64,000 nt of DNA from a candidate division WOR-3 bacterium (lineage in GTDB: Bacteria; Hydrothermota; Tepidihabitantia; Tepidihabitantales; Tepidihabitantaceae): assembly GCA_026418295.1 (NCBI GenBank), contig JAOABP010000005.1, positions 100,864 through 164,863 of the forward strand, written 5' to 3'. The notes under the pieces are model-generated. The model was given only the letters and a program-made list of their open reading frames with translations. It was not told the DNA's origin and ran no database searches. A program made the position numbers and the translations under genes. Of the stretch, positions 8,689 through 18,747 are shown in pieces (the stretch's first letter is position 1; every line of letters starts with the position of its first letter).

Positions 8689-9891
8689 CTACGCCTCAGG
8701 TCGGGGCAGGGTGACCCGCGCCGGTTTTTCCTGCCGGAAACCGAGGGCAAAGTCCGCTTGGAGCAGTTTGTGAATCTCCCGGCTCCCCTCATATATCTGA
8801 GCGCCCTTGGCATTCCGGTAGAAGCGTTCCACCGGATATTCGTCTGAGAAGCCGTAGGCACCCAGGATCTGCACCGCATTGCTTGCTGCCCGTTCGGCCG
8901 CCTCACAGGCAAAAAGTTTTGCCGCTGAGGTGGCACGGGTGGCGGTCCGGCCCTGATTTTTTTCCCAGCCGGCGCGGAGGTAGAGCAGTCTTGCAGCCTG
9001 ATAGCTGACCGACATGTCGGCGATCATTTCCTTGACAAGCTGATGCTCAGCGAGCGATTTCCCGAAGCTGCTGCGGGTAAGGGCGTAGCCGGACGCCGCA
9101 TCAAGGCAGGCACGGATCAGACCGGTGGCACCGGCAGCGACTGTGTAACGCCCCTGATCGATTGCAAACATGGCGATCCTGAAGCCTTCCCCCTCCAGAC
9201 CGAGACGGTTGGCTTCCGGGACCCGGACATCGCTCAGGGAAATGGAACCGGTATTGCCCGCACGGACGCCGAGCTTGTGATGGATGGTGCTAGTGGTCAG
9301 ACCGGGCATACCCCGTTCGAGGATAAAGGCGGTGATACCGGTGTGGTCCCGCCGCTGCTGTTTTTCACGATCAGTCCAAGCAAAGACAAGGAAGTGGTCG
9401 GCGATGTCCGCAAGAGAAATCCAGGTTTTCTCGCCGTTCAGGATGTAGCAGTTGCCATCCCGGCGGGCGGTCGCCCGGATACCCAGAACATCGGAGCCGG
9501 CATCCGGTTCGGTCAGACCGAAGGCGGCAAGTTTTTCCCCTTTTGCCTGAGGGACCAGATAACGTCTTTTCTGCTCTTCACTGCCCCAAGCCAGCATGGT
9601 CAGACTGACTAGACCGATGTGGACCGAAAGGATTACCCGTAATGAGGTGTCAACATACTCCAGCTCCTCACAGGCAAGTCCGAGACTGATATAGTCCCCA
9701 CCGCTTCCGCCCCAGACGGCAGGGATCGTCAGTCCAAGCAGACCCAGCTCCGCCATCTTCCGGGCGATCTGCGGGTCAAAGAACTGGTTGCGGTCGTTTT
9801 CCTGAATTCTGGGTTGAACCTCGTGGCGGGCAAACTCCCGGGCAAGTTTCTGCACGAGCTGCTGTTCTTCAGTGAAGGTGAAGTCGATCAC
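8689..9891 (-). CDS. Acyl-CoA dehydrogenase (short/medium-chain type)
   Basis: Typical ACAD N-terminus (FTEEQQLVQKLAREFARHEV), middle beta-domain and C-terminal helical domain. 400 aa. Overlaps the purB stop by 4 nt. Confidence 0.9.
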   Translation of the reverse strand: MIDFTFTEEQQLVQKLAREFARHEVQPRIQENDRNQFFDPQIARKMAELGLLGLTIPAVWGGSGGDYISLGLACEELEYVDTSLRVILSVHIGLVSLTMLAWGSEEQKRRYLVPQAKGEKLAAFGLTEPDAGSDVLGIRATARRDGNCYILNGEKTWISLADIADHFLVFAWTDREKQQRRDHTGITAFILERGMPGLTTSTIHHKLGVRAGNTGSISLSDVRVPEANRLGLEGEGFRIAMFAIDQGRYTVAAGATGLIRACLDAASGYALTRSSFGKSLAEHQLVKEMIADMSVSYQAARLLYLRAGWEKNQGRTATRATSAAKLFACEAAERAASNAVQILGAYGFSDEYPVERFYRNAKGAQIYEGSREIHKLLQADFALGFRQEKPARVTLPRPEA

Positions 9892-11183
9892 TTTCTGCCC
9901 AGTACCCGGCGGTAGACCGCATCCACATGCTGAACCAGATTTCGCAGCTGGAACACCGCTTCCAGTTCGGACGGGCTGAGATGGCGCTGTACTGTCCGGT
10001 CATTTCTGGCGAGCTGACTCAAGGTTGTGCCCGAGCTGATTGCTTCAAATGACAGTTTCTGCACCAGCCTGTAGGCACGGGTGCGGTTCATCCCCTTGTT
10101 TACCAGTGCCAGCAGCAGTGCCTGCGAGAAGAAGGTCTCACCTGAGATTTTCAGGTTTTTCTCCATCTGCTCCGGTCTGACCACCAGTCCGGCGAGGACT
10201 CGGTTCATCTGCCGGAGGCAGTAGTGGAGCAGGGTGAAGGCTTCGGGGATGATAATCCGTTCGGCGGCGGAGTTGGTCAGGTCCCGCTCGTGCCAGAGGG
10301 GGATGTTCTCGTAGCTGGCAAAGGCGTAGGAACGGATCACCCGGGTAAGGGAACAGATCCTTTCGCAGATGATCGGATTTTTCTTATGAGGCATTGCTGA
10401 GGACCCCGCCTGAGACTTGCCAAACGGTTCACTCACTTCACCGATTTCGGTTCGCTGGAGGTTGCGGATTTCGGTGGCGATCCTTTCCAGTCCGGTAGCG
10501 ATCAGTGCCAGCATCGAGAGGAGAAAGGCATGCCGGTCGCGGGGGATCACTTGGGTTGATACCGGTTCCACCTTCAGATTAAGCAGTTTCAAAACCCTTT
10601 TTTCCACCTCCGGGCTGAGCTGAGTGTAGGCACCGACGGTGCCTGATATTTTGCCGTAGGCGATTTCCGCCCGGGCGAGTTTGACCCGTTCAATGCCCCG
10701 ATTGATTTCCGCCAGCCAGGATAGGCATTTCAGCCCGAAAGTAATCGGTTCCGCATGTACGCCGTGGGTTCTTCCGATCATTGGAGTCCACTGGTAGCGG
10801 CGGGCAAGATTGGCAGTGGTCACCTGGAGTTCAAGGAGTGCCGTGTGGATTATATCCAGTGCCTGAACGCAGCGCAGCACCAAGGCGGTGTCAACCACAT
10901 CATAAGAGGTAATTCCGTAATGGACATACTTGCCTGCTTCGCCGGCACTTTTTGCCACGCTGCGGGTGAAGGCAATTACATCGTGGTTGGTTTCCTTTTC
11001 AAACCGTTCAATCTCACTGATTTTAAAAGTTGCCTGCTGGATTTTTTCTGCTGCCGGCTTCGGGATAATCCCCAGTTCGCCCTCGATCTTTGCCACCGCC
11101 TTTTCCACGAGCAGCCAGGTCTTGAACTTTGTCTCCTCAGACCAGAGCTGAGCCATTTCCGGTGTCTGGTAGCGGGAGGTCAT
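9888..11183 (-). CDS. purB: Adenylosuccinate lyase
   Basis: Fumarate lyase signature SSAMPHKKNP and a PurB-type N-terminus (YQTPEMAQLWSEETKF). 431 aa. Confidence 0.9.
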   Translation of the reverse strand: MTSRYQTPEMAQLWSEETKFKTWLLVEKAVAKIEGELGIIPKPAAEKIQQATFKISEIERFEKETNHDVIAFTRSVAKSAGEAGKYVHYGITSYDVVDTALVLRCVQALDIIHTALLELQVTTANLARRYQWTPMIGRTHGVHAEPITFGLKCLSWLAEINRGIERVKLARAEIAYGKISGTVGAYTQLSPEVEKRVLKLLNLKVEPVSTQVIPRDRHAFLLSMLALIATGLERIATEIRNLQRTEIGEVSEPFGKSQAGSSAMPHKKNPIICERICSLTRVIRSYAFASYENIPLWHERDLTNSAAERIIIPEAFTLLHYCLRQMNRVLAGLVVRPEQMEKNLKISGETFFSQALLLALVNKGMNRTRAYRLVQKLSFEAISSGTTLSQLARNDRTVQRHLSPSELEAVFQLRNLVQHVDAVYRRVLGRK

Positions 11184-11188
11184 AAATA

Positions 11189-12319
11189 CTATCTCAGCTG
11201 GTAGAGGATTCTTAACTGCTCACCCTTGCGATCAATAATCAGGTCGATTGAACCTTGAAGCCGGTTCAGCCGTTCCTGGAGCAGCCGGGCAGAACTGGCG
11301 ACCTTGCCCTGAAACACCAGAATTACATCACCCGGCAGCAGGCCGATTTTTTCGGCGATGGAATTTTCATTGACTCCAACGACCACTACCCCTTTCGTAT
11401 GGGCAAGACCGAAGCGACGTCGGAGCACCGGGTTGATATCGGCAACCACAAGACCGAGTGCAGTGCTGAATTTTTCATATTCAGCCTGAGTTTCTCCGAG
11501 AGCCTCGCTGATAAACCTTTTGACTTCATTAATGGGCCGGGCGAATCCGACACCTTCCGAACCACCGGCGTGGGAAAAAATGAAGGTGTTGATACCGATG
11601 ACCTCGCCCAGAGCATTGACCAGCGGACCACCCGAATTTCCGGGGTTGATTGCCGCATCAGTCTGAATCATATCGGTATAGACGGCACCGCCTCTGCCGG
11701 AACGGATGTCCCGGTGCAATGCGGAGATGACGCCGACGGTTACGGTCGGCTGGGCATCTTCAATCAGGAATCCGAACGGATTGCCGATGGCAATTGCCCA
11801 TTCGCCGATCAGCAGCTGGTCGGAATTACCCAGTGGTGCTACCGGCAGGTTATCGCCCGAAATTTTCAACAGTGCCAGGTCCCGGTCTGGATCAACGGCA
11901 AGGATTTCCGCATCGAAGCTCCGGTTGTCGGGCAGGGTTACCTTAATCTTGGTTGCATTGTTGACAACATGGGCATTAGTGATGATGTAACCCTTAGCAT
12001 CTACAATTACTCCCGAACCCATGGACTTGATTTCCTGCCGGAAGGTATGCCGGGGAAAGAAGTCCTGGAAGAAGTCGTCAAACCCGAAGATATCAAACGG
12101 GTCATAGGATACAATCCGCGTCTGAGTCACTACGACTGAGACCACCGCCGGGCTGACCTTCTGAGCGGCGATGACAATCGCATTTACCCGGGACCGGTCA
12201 ATTTCAGTATTAATCTGTTCAACTGCAGGCCGGGATGGAGGTTTTTCGGTTGTAGCGCCACAGGCAAGGGGCAGAAACGGCAGCAGCAATGCAATAATAT
12301 TAAGGGGATTGTATTTCAT
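11189..12319 (-). CDS. Trypsin-like serine protease, HtrA/DegP family (S1C) with PDZ domain, lipoprotein
   Basis: Lipobox LPLACG, TNAHVV (His), DLALLKI (Asp), GNSGGPL (Ser), and a PDZ-like C-terminus. 376 aa. Confidence 0.85.
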   Translation of the reverse strand: MKYNPLNIIALLLPFLPLACGATTEKPPSRPAVEQINTEIDRSRVNAIVIAAQKVSPAVVSVVVTQTRIVSYDPFDIFGFDDFFQDFFPRHTFRQEIKSMGSGVIVDAKGYIITNAHVVNNATKIKVTLPDNRSFDAEILAVDPDRDLALLKISGDNLPVAPLGNSDQLLIGEWAIAIGNPFGFLIEDAQPTVTVGVISALHRDIRSGRGGAVYTDMIQTDAAINPGNSGGPLVNALGEVIGINTFIFSHAGGSEGVGFARPINEVKRFISEALGETQAEYEKFSTALGLVVADINPVLRRRFGLAHTKGVVVVGVNENSIAEKIGLLPGDVILVFQGKVASSARLLQERLNRLQGSIDLIIDRKGEQLRILYQLR

Positions 12320-12367
12320 CGAATTAGTTTAACCGGCAATTGGAGTAAGGTCAAGCCTTGCCGGTGC

Positions 12368-12396
12368 TTGACAGAGGAAAAGGACAGATTTATAAT
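12368..12396 (+). promoter_or_regulatory. Consensus sigma70 promoter TTGACA-17-TATAAT upstream of the first T9SS cargo gene
   Basis: TTGACA at 12368-12373, 17-nt spacer, TATAAT at 12391-12396. A strong SD, AAGGAGG, is at 12469-12475 before the ATG at 12480. Confidence 0.5.
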
Positions 12397-12479
12397 TTAT
12401 TAAGCAGGCAGAAGACATCGGCAGTTCAATTTTTCTTCTTGGGTCTACATCCGGACGGCTTTAAAATTTTAAGGAGGTC

Positions 12480-15413
12480 ATGATGAGAAATCCGGGTTTG
12501 AACTCTGTAATACCCAGTTGCCTACTTTTATCAGTTTTCCTGATAATTTTTATCCCTCAATCTGGAAGGGCTCAGGTTGAAGTCTGGACTGCCCGCTATG
12601 ATGGCGGGGCTGATGACTGGGATGAGGCAACTTCAATGGTACTGACTCCGGACGGGAATATTGTGGTTACCGGTTTCAGTGTCGGCAGTGACAACAGTCG
12701 GGATATCGCTACTGTCAAGTTTTCCGGAACATATGGGGAGATTATCTGGAGCCAGCGCTGGACAAGAAGTACCGGATCAAGGGATGAAGGCTGGAAGGTC
12801 TGCAGTGATACCGCGGGCAACATTTTTGTTGCTGGCTGGACGAGGACGACCGGCGCCGACACCGATTTTGTAGTGATCAAGTATACGGCCGATGGCACTG
12901 AGGAATGGGTTCAGGTCTACGATTCCGCCGGCGGGGCAGACCGGGCGACTGGAGTTGTGCCCGATGAGGCAGGCGGATGTTACGCTGCCGGTTACTCCTC
13001 CAACGGCACCAATCGTGATTATGTGATTTTTCATTTCCGGCCGGATGGCAGTCGGGACTGGCTCGTGCGGTATAACGGACCGGCGAATGGAAATGATCTG
13101 GCGAATGCAGTTGCGCGGGATAGAGCGGGGAATATCTATGTCACCGGTTTCTCTTGGGGTGGTTCTGTTGCCCGGCTGGACTATCTGACAATGAAGCTCA
13201 GTCCGGCAGGCGAAACACTCTGGACCCGGCGTTATGACGGCACCGCAGTTGACAGTCTGATCAAGAATGATTTCGGATTTGCCCTTACGGTTGATGATTC
13301 CGGCTATGTCTATGTCACCGGCAGAGCCGGGGAAAGCGGCAGCTGGTATGACGGCACAACAATCAAGTATACACCGGCAGGCCAGGTGGTCTGGATTAAC
13401 CGTTTTGACTGGGGTGAAAATGCGCTTGATGGTACTGGTGAGATTAGAATCGGTTCGGATCGCAGTATTTATTGTGCGGGTTATACCGAGACCAATATCG
13501 GCTGGTTTGACATGGTAATTTACAAATTGGCGCCGGACGGGCAGCTGGAATGGCAGCGCAGTTATGATTATGTTGCCGATGATGACAGTGTGACCGGGTT
13601 GTGGGTTGACCGTTTTGGCAACGCCTATATTACCGGTTATTCCTATGGTGGAGATGGCTGTATGGACTGGGTGACAATGAAATACAATCCGAACGGTGCC
13701 CTGATCTGGATGGCACGGCACAGCACGTTTGACGAGGATGACCAGAGTTATGATATTGCGGTTAACGGTCTGGGTGACGTGCTGGTTGCCGGTTATGACT
13801 ATCTTGAGGGAAGTGAGGATTATGCGGTGGTCAAGTATTCCGCACCGGATGTCGGTGCTGCGCTGATCATTCAGCCGGTTGATACATTCCGTCTGGATGC
13901 AATTGTCACTCCCAAGGTGCGGGTGAAGAACTTCAGTGCGCTCAGCTTTACATTTCCGGTGAGGATTGAGATTGGCAATTTCTATTTTGACATCCAGCAG
14001 GTGCCGGCACTGGCACCCTATGATTCCGCGGATGTGACTTTTGCCCCATGGACCGTACGCGACCTTGGTGAGCATGCGGTGGTGTGCTATTCAATGCTTA
14101 ACGGTGACAAGGAGCCGGGGAATGATACGGTTCTGGGGAGGGTGATTACCGTCTCGGCATGGGAGCGGCTGGAAGACATGCCGGCTGGTGCTCGAGGGAA
14201 AGGGGTAAAGGATGGCGGTGCGCTGGCATTTGCCCAGGAGAGTCTGGTTTTCGGATTCAAGGGCAATAATACCACTGAATTTTATGCGTATAATACCCGG
14301 ACCGGGCGCTGGGTGACCAAGGAGAGTATTCCGGCGATCGGCAGGAGCGGCAGCCGGAAACGGGTCAAGGGAGGCGCCTGTCTTGCCGCCGATACCGCAG
14401 GGAGTCTGTTTGCCCTCAAGGGCAGTAATACTTTGGAGTTCTGGCGGTATTCAATTGCTGATAACCGCTGGACCCAGCTGCCCGATTTTCCGACCGGTGG
14501 CACGACCAAGCGGGTGAAGAATGGTGCCGGGATGGTTTATGTGCCACAGCTGCACCGGATTTATGCCCTGCGCGGCGCCAATACCAACGACTTCTACTGC
14601 TATGTAATTGCCCGGGATTCCTGGATGGTGAGGAAAAGCGTTCCTCCGGGGGAACGCAACCGGCGGATGAAGGATGGAAGTGCGATTGCCTATGACGGCG
14701 ATTCGCTGATCTATGCGCTCAAGGGTGGCACCTATGAGTTCTATGCCTATAACATCAGCCGGGATACATGGATTCAGCTGCCCTATATTCCGGACAGCAG
14801 GATTTATACCAAGCGCACCAAGATGAAGAAGGGGGCGGCGATGGCTTATGATTACCAGTTCCAGCGGGTTTATGCAACCAAGGGGGGTAAGTCAACCGAA
14901 TTCTGGTTCTTTGACGCAATCGGGGACAGCTGGAGTGAAACCCGAGATACCTTTCCCAGGGGTCCGGATAATAAGGCGCCTTCCAATGGCGGTGCGCTGA
15001 CCTATGGTTCCGGCAAGGTTTATGCCTTGAAGGGTAACAAGACCCGGGAGTTCTGGCGGTATAATGCCAATTTTCCGCTCACCCCCCCGCTGCCGGGTGT
15101 GCAGGCAGAATTGTCAAGCCTCTTGCCGCGACTGCGGATGACCGTTATGCCCAATCCGGTCCGGAGTTACGGTATGATCTGTTACACTCTTCCTCAGCCG
15201 GGTGCGGTGCGGATGACGGTCTATGACATCGCCGGCAGGGCGGTCCGGATGGTGAGACATGATTATCTGCCGGCTGGCGACCAGACGGAGCGGTTGGAAA
15301 CTGCCGGGCTGAGTGCCGGAGTGTATCTGGTTCGGATTGAGGTTCTGGACGGTTCGGGCAGATATGGCGCAACGCAGAAGGTTATAATTCCCGCTAATGG
15401 CAGAGAAAATTGA
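12480..15413 (+). CDS. Large secreted beta-propeller protein (SBBP repeats plus Kelch-like repeats) with a T9SS-type C-terminal sorting domain
   Basis: Signal peptide. Repeated YDG…D.A.A.A.D..GNIYVTG units (SBBP-like). Then eight or more roughly 48-aa repeats of KG.NT.EFW.Y…W type. C-terminus LSAGVYLVRIEV…QKVII resembles the Por secretion tail. 977 aa. Confidence 0.8.
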   Translation: MMRNPGLNSVIPSCLLLSVFLIIFIPQSGRAQVEVWTARYDGGADDWDEATSMVLTPDGNIVVTGFSVGSDNSRDIATVKFSGTYGEIIWSQRWTRSTGSRDEGWKVCSDTAGNIFVAGWTRTTGADTDFVVIKYTADGTEEWVQVYDSAGGADRATGVVPDEAGGCYAAGYSSNGTNRDYVIFHFRPDGSRDWLVRYNGPANGNDLANAVARDRAGNIYVTGFSWGGSVARLDYLTMKLSPAGETLWTRRYDGTAVDSLIKNDFGFALTVDDSGYVYVTGRAGESGSWYDGTTIKYTPAGQVVWINRFDWGENALDGTGEIRIGSDRSIYCAGYTETNIGWFDMVIYKLAPDGQLEWQRSYDYVADDDSVTGLWVDRFGNAYITGYSYGGDGCMDWVTMKYNPNGALIWMARHSTFDEDDQSYDIAVNGLGDVLVAGYDYLEGSEDYAVVKYSAPDVGAALIIQPVDTFRLDAIVTPKVRVKNFSALSFTFPVRIEIGNFYFDIQQVPALAPYDSADVTFAPWTVRDLGEHAVVCYSMLNGDKEPGNDTVLGRVITVSAWERLEDMPAGARGKGVKDGGALAFAQESLVFGFKGNNTTEFYAYNTRTGRWVTKESIPAIGRSGSRKRVKGGACLAADTAGSLFALKGSNTLEFWRYSIADNRWTQLPDFPTGGTTKRVKNGAGMVYVPQLHRIYALRGANTNDFYCYVIARDSWMVRKSVPPGERNRRMKDGSAIAYDGDSLIYALKGGTYEFYAYNISRDTWIQLPYIPDSRIYTKRTKMKKGAAMAYDYQFQRVYATKGGKSTEFWFFDAIGDSWSETRDTFPRGPDNKAPSNGGALTYGSGKVYALKGNKTREFWRYNANFPLTPPLPGVQAELSSLLPRLRMTVMPNPVRSYGMICYTLPQPGAVRMTVYDIAGRAVRMVRHDYLPAGDQTERLETAGLSAGVYLVRIEVLDGSGRYGATQKVIIPANGREN

Positions 15414-15426
15414 GGGAGGTTCCAAA

Positions 15427-18400
15427 ATGAAGTTTACAGTAGTAAAACTGGCCATTCTCAGCCTGATTCCGGTCCTTTTGACCGCCGGTGCGGTGGATAC
15501 GATGTGGCTGCGAATTTATCCGGGTTCGGATTCGGTAAGTGGTAATTTTAATCAGGCGGGTGATATCGGGTTTGACCCGCAGGGCAATATCATTGTCTGT
15601 GGTGCCGGCGAGAAGGGAACCGCGGGCAGTACCGATATGCTGGTTGCCAAGTTCAATCCATGGGGTGAGACGCTCTGGGTGCGCTCCTATGGCGGGATTG
15701 TGGGCAGTGAGGAGGATATGGCGCATGCGCTGGCGGTGGATTCGCTCGGAAATATCTATGTGGTCGGGGTCACTGCTCAGTCCGTTCCTTATGATCTTGA
15801 TATCACCTGGCTGAAATTTTCACCAGAAGGCAATCTCCTCTGGGCAAGAAGGACGATGCTGCCCGATGATGATATCGGTTATGATATTGAGATCGGCCTG
15901 CAGGGTGATATCTATGTCTGCGGTGCGGTTACCGATACCCATTTCGTTCTTTCCCGTTACTGGCTTGCCCGGATCAACCCGGTAAACGGCGATACGGTCT
16001 GGACTCGCAGTTATATTCTCGACACGCTGGCATTCAATGCAAAGCAGGACCGGCACCCGGATTTTGTGATGAGTGACTGGGACCGGTGGGACAACTGCGC
16101 AGCCGCGCTGGCGATTTCTCCGGACTCCGGGCATATCGTTACTACCGGCTTCGGCTACAGCGATAGCCGGAGCTATCAGGTGTGGACGATGAAGTTCCTT
16201 CCTGACGGCACCCGGCGCTGGCAGCATGAGCATTACTGGTCACTGGATTACGATGACGCCGGATTTGATGTCGCAGTGGCGAACAACGGCTACATCTTCG
16301 TTGCCGGGTTTGAGGAAAATGATTACAACTGGTATGATGCTACTCTTTTACGCTATTCGCCAACCGGCGGTACGCCTTCAGTGCGCAGGGTTAATGACCC
16401 GATGGATGATGAAGATTATTTCTTTGCAGTGACACTTGATGATTCTAACCCCCAGAATGTGTATGCCACCGGTGCCTATTATCAGAGCACGACAACCGGA
16501 TTTGATATTATTACCTACAAGGCGAATATGGCACTTACCGCCCGCTGGGGAACTGCCGGTGCGATCTTTTCCAGCAATCTTGATGATTACGGCTTTGCCA
16601 TTACTTACAATCAGGGCAAGGTTTATGTTGCCGGCAGAAAGGGCAATGACCTGGTGATACTGTGTTACCGGGTGGACAATGCGGTTCCGCACGACACCCT
16701 CTGGTCATTCAGCTACAATTCTCCATATAATCAGGAGGATTTTGCTGCTGCAGTTGCAGTCCGGGATTCGAACAGTGTCTACTTTGCCGGTCAGGCAGCG
16801 CGTAGCGGGCTTGCGAACAGTTACACCGATCTGGTTGCAGGTAGGCTGTTTTACCCTTATCCTGATGTCGGGGTGGATGCCATTCTTGCGCCTGCCGGCG
16901 TGGTGGGATATCAGGAAACGATTACACCTCAGGTCCGTTTTGTCAACAGCGGTAATTCGCTTGCCCGGTTCAATGCCACTCTGCGTATCGGCAGTGATTA
17001 CAGTCAGACGGTAAGCCGAAGTGCACCGCTCTATCCTGGTGATTCCTGTGTTTTAATCTTCCCGGACTGGGTGGCGCATCCGCTCGGGCAGGTGACGGTT
17101 GCTTGCACGGTGGCGATGAACGGTGACCGGGAACCGCTGAACAACCGGCTGACCGGTACAGTTGAGGTGGTGCTGCGCGATGCCGGCTGTCTGCGGATCG
17201 TGGCACCGGCGGATACCGTGGATTCGGGGGTGGCGGTTACACCGCAGGCATGGGTCCGCAATTACGGTACGGTTCAGGAGAATATCGGTGTCCGGTTCAG
17301 GATCGGCGACGGCTATGTAAATCAGCAGACGGTTCTGGTTGCTCCCGGGGAGAGCGCGCTGGTCCAGTTTGCCCTGTGGCGGCCGGCTGTGCCCGGCACT
17401 TGGGTTCTCCGCTGTTCGACCATGCTGACAGGTGATGTCAATCACGGCAATGATTTTGCTGATGGTCAGATTTTCGTCCGTTCCGGCGGTGGTGTCTGGC
17501 CCGCAGGCTGGCAGGAGGTGGCATCGGTGCTGTCGGCACCTTCCGGTCGAGCGGTCAAAGATGGCGGCTGGCTCGCATTTGACCCGGAACAGGGCAGGAT
17601 TTATGCGGTCAAGGGGTACAAGACTGGCGATTTCTACGTCTATGACATTTATGCCAACCGGTGGGCCACTCTTACCCCCTGGCCTGCCGGCACCGAGGGT
17701 AAGCTGCCCTACAAGGGTTCTGCGGGCTGTTATGGTGATGGCAGGATATGGGCGGTCAAGGGGTATAATACGCCAGGGTTCTGGTGTTATGAAATCAGCA
17801 CAGGTGAGTGGCGTCAGCTCCAGAATATCCTGCCGGGAAACTCGGGCAAGTATCCGAAGGGCGGAACCGATCTGGTGTATGCCGAAGTGGATGGTGTCGG
17901 TTATGTGTATCTGCTCAAGGGTTACAAGTGCGATTTCATGCGTTATAATACCGTGACTGGAGTCTGGGAACCGCTGCCGGATGCACCGGGAGGAATCAAA
18001 CCCAAGTGGGATAAAGGTTCTTGGCTTGCCTTTGACGGTGATAATACGCTTTATGCGCATAAGGCAAAGTATCATGAATTTTGGACCTTTGATGTCCGGG
18101 CAGGGCAGTGGAGTCTGACTCAGCTGCCTAATCTGCCGTTTGCCAGTCAGCGCACCGGCAAAAGCAAGAAGTCCAAGGATGGTGGTGCCGGTTTCTATTA
18201 CAACGGTTTCATCTATGCGCTCAAGGGGGGCAATACCTGTGAGTTCTACCGGTTTGACTGTGCCGGTCAGACCTGGATCGAGCTCGACCCGATGCCGGAG
18301 ATCGGTTCCACCGGTAGAAAGAAGCGGGTCAAGGCGGGTGGTGATATCGTTGCCGGTGTCAACGCCTGCTGGGCACTGAAGGGCAATAAAACACTCGAGT

Positions 18401-18747
18401 TCTGGCGTTACGGACTGCTCCTGCCGGTAGAACCGGACCGAGGTGCGCACAGTGCTCAGAGCGGTGAGGTGGCTGGTGCCGGGTGCTGGCAGTTGATGCC
18501 GGTTTACACCCGGGCGGGGGTCGGTTTCCGGTATTCTGCTCCGGAGCCGGTGCGGATTCAGGTACAGGTTTATGACCGGTCGGGCAGGCTGGTGCTGACC
18601 CTGCCGGAAATGCAGATCACCGGCACTGGAACCGTCAAGCCCGATCTCTCCGGTCTCAGTGCCGGAGTTTATCTTCTGAAACTGGAGGCGGATGACGGCA
18701 CAGTTCAGCAGAAAAAGCTGATCTTGCGACCGTCAGCGGAGGAGTAG
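15427..18747 (+). CDS. Paralogous large secreted beta-propeller protein (SBBP plus Kelch-like repeats) with a T9SS-type C-terminal sorting domain
   Basis: SD GAGGGAGG before the ATG at 15427; signal peptide MKFTVVKLAILSLIPVLLTAGA. Same repeat architecture as the upstream gene. C-terminus LSAGVYLLKLEADDGTVQQKKLILRP. Confidence 0.8.
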   Translation: MKFTVVKLAILSLIPVLLTAGAVDTMWLRIYPGSDSVSGNFNQAGDIGFDPQGNIIVCGAGEKGTAGSTDMLVAKFNPWGETLWVRSYGGIVGSEEDMAHALAVDSLGNIYVVGVTAQSVPYDLDITWLKFSPEGNLLWARRTMLPDDDIGYDIEIGLQGDIYVCGAVTDTHFVLSRYWLARINPVNGDTVWTRSYILDTLAFNAKQDRHPDFVMSDWDRWDNCAAALAISPDSGHIVTTGFGYSDSRSYQVWTMKFLPDGTRRWQHEHYWSLDYDDAGFDVAVANNGYIFVAGFEENDYNWYDATLLRYSPTGGTPSVRRVNDPMDDEDYFFAVTLDDSNPQNVYATGAYYQSTTTGFDIITYKANMALTARWGTAGAIFSSNLDDYGFAITYNQGKVYVAGRKGNDLVILCYRVDNAVPHDTLWSFSYNSPYNQEDFAAAVAVRDSNSVYFAGQAARSGLANSYTDLVAGRLFYPYPDVGVDAILAPAGVVGYQETITPQVRFVNSGNSLARFNATLRIGSDYSQTVSRSAPLYPGDSCVLIFPDWVAHPLGQVTVACTVAMNGDREPLNNRLTGTVEVVLRDAGCLRIVAPADTVDSGVAVTPQAWVRNYGTVQENIGVRFRIGDGYVNQQTVLVAPGESALVQFALWRPAVPGTWVLRCSTMLTGDVNHGNDFADGQIFVRSGGGVWPAGWQEVASVLSAPSGRAVKDGGWLAFDPEQGRIYAVKGYKTGDFYVYDIYANRWATLTPWPAGTEGKLPYKGSAGCYGDGRIWAVKGYNTPGFWCYEISTGEWRQLQNILPGNSGKYPKGGTDLVYAEVDGVGYVYLLKGYKCDFMRYNTVTGVWEPLPDAPGGIKPKWDKGSWLAFDGDNTLYAHKAKYHEFWTFDVRAGQWSLTQLPNLPFASQRTGKSKKSKDGGAGFYYNGFIYALKGGNTCEFYRFDCAGQTWIELDPMPEIGSTGRKKRVKAGGDIVAGVNACWALKGNKTLEFWRYGLLLPVEPDRGAHSAQSGEVAGAGCWQLMPVYTRAGVGFRYSAPEPVRIQVQVYDRSGRLVLTLPEMQITGTGTVKPDLSGLSAGVYLLKLEADDGTVQQKKLILRPSAEE

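Noticed and set aside
12777-14075. 432-aa minus-strand ORF inside the first SBBP/T9SS cargo gene
   Set aside because: It lies entirely antisense to a well-supported, repeat-structured gene. Long spurious antisense ORFs are expected in GC-rich DNA. The predicted protein is low-complexity with no motifs.
17053-18450. 465-aa minus-strand ORF inside the second cargo gene
   Set aside because: Same reasoning: it is antisense to a strongly supported plus-strand gene, with no start or RBS context and no recognisable domains.
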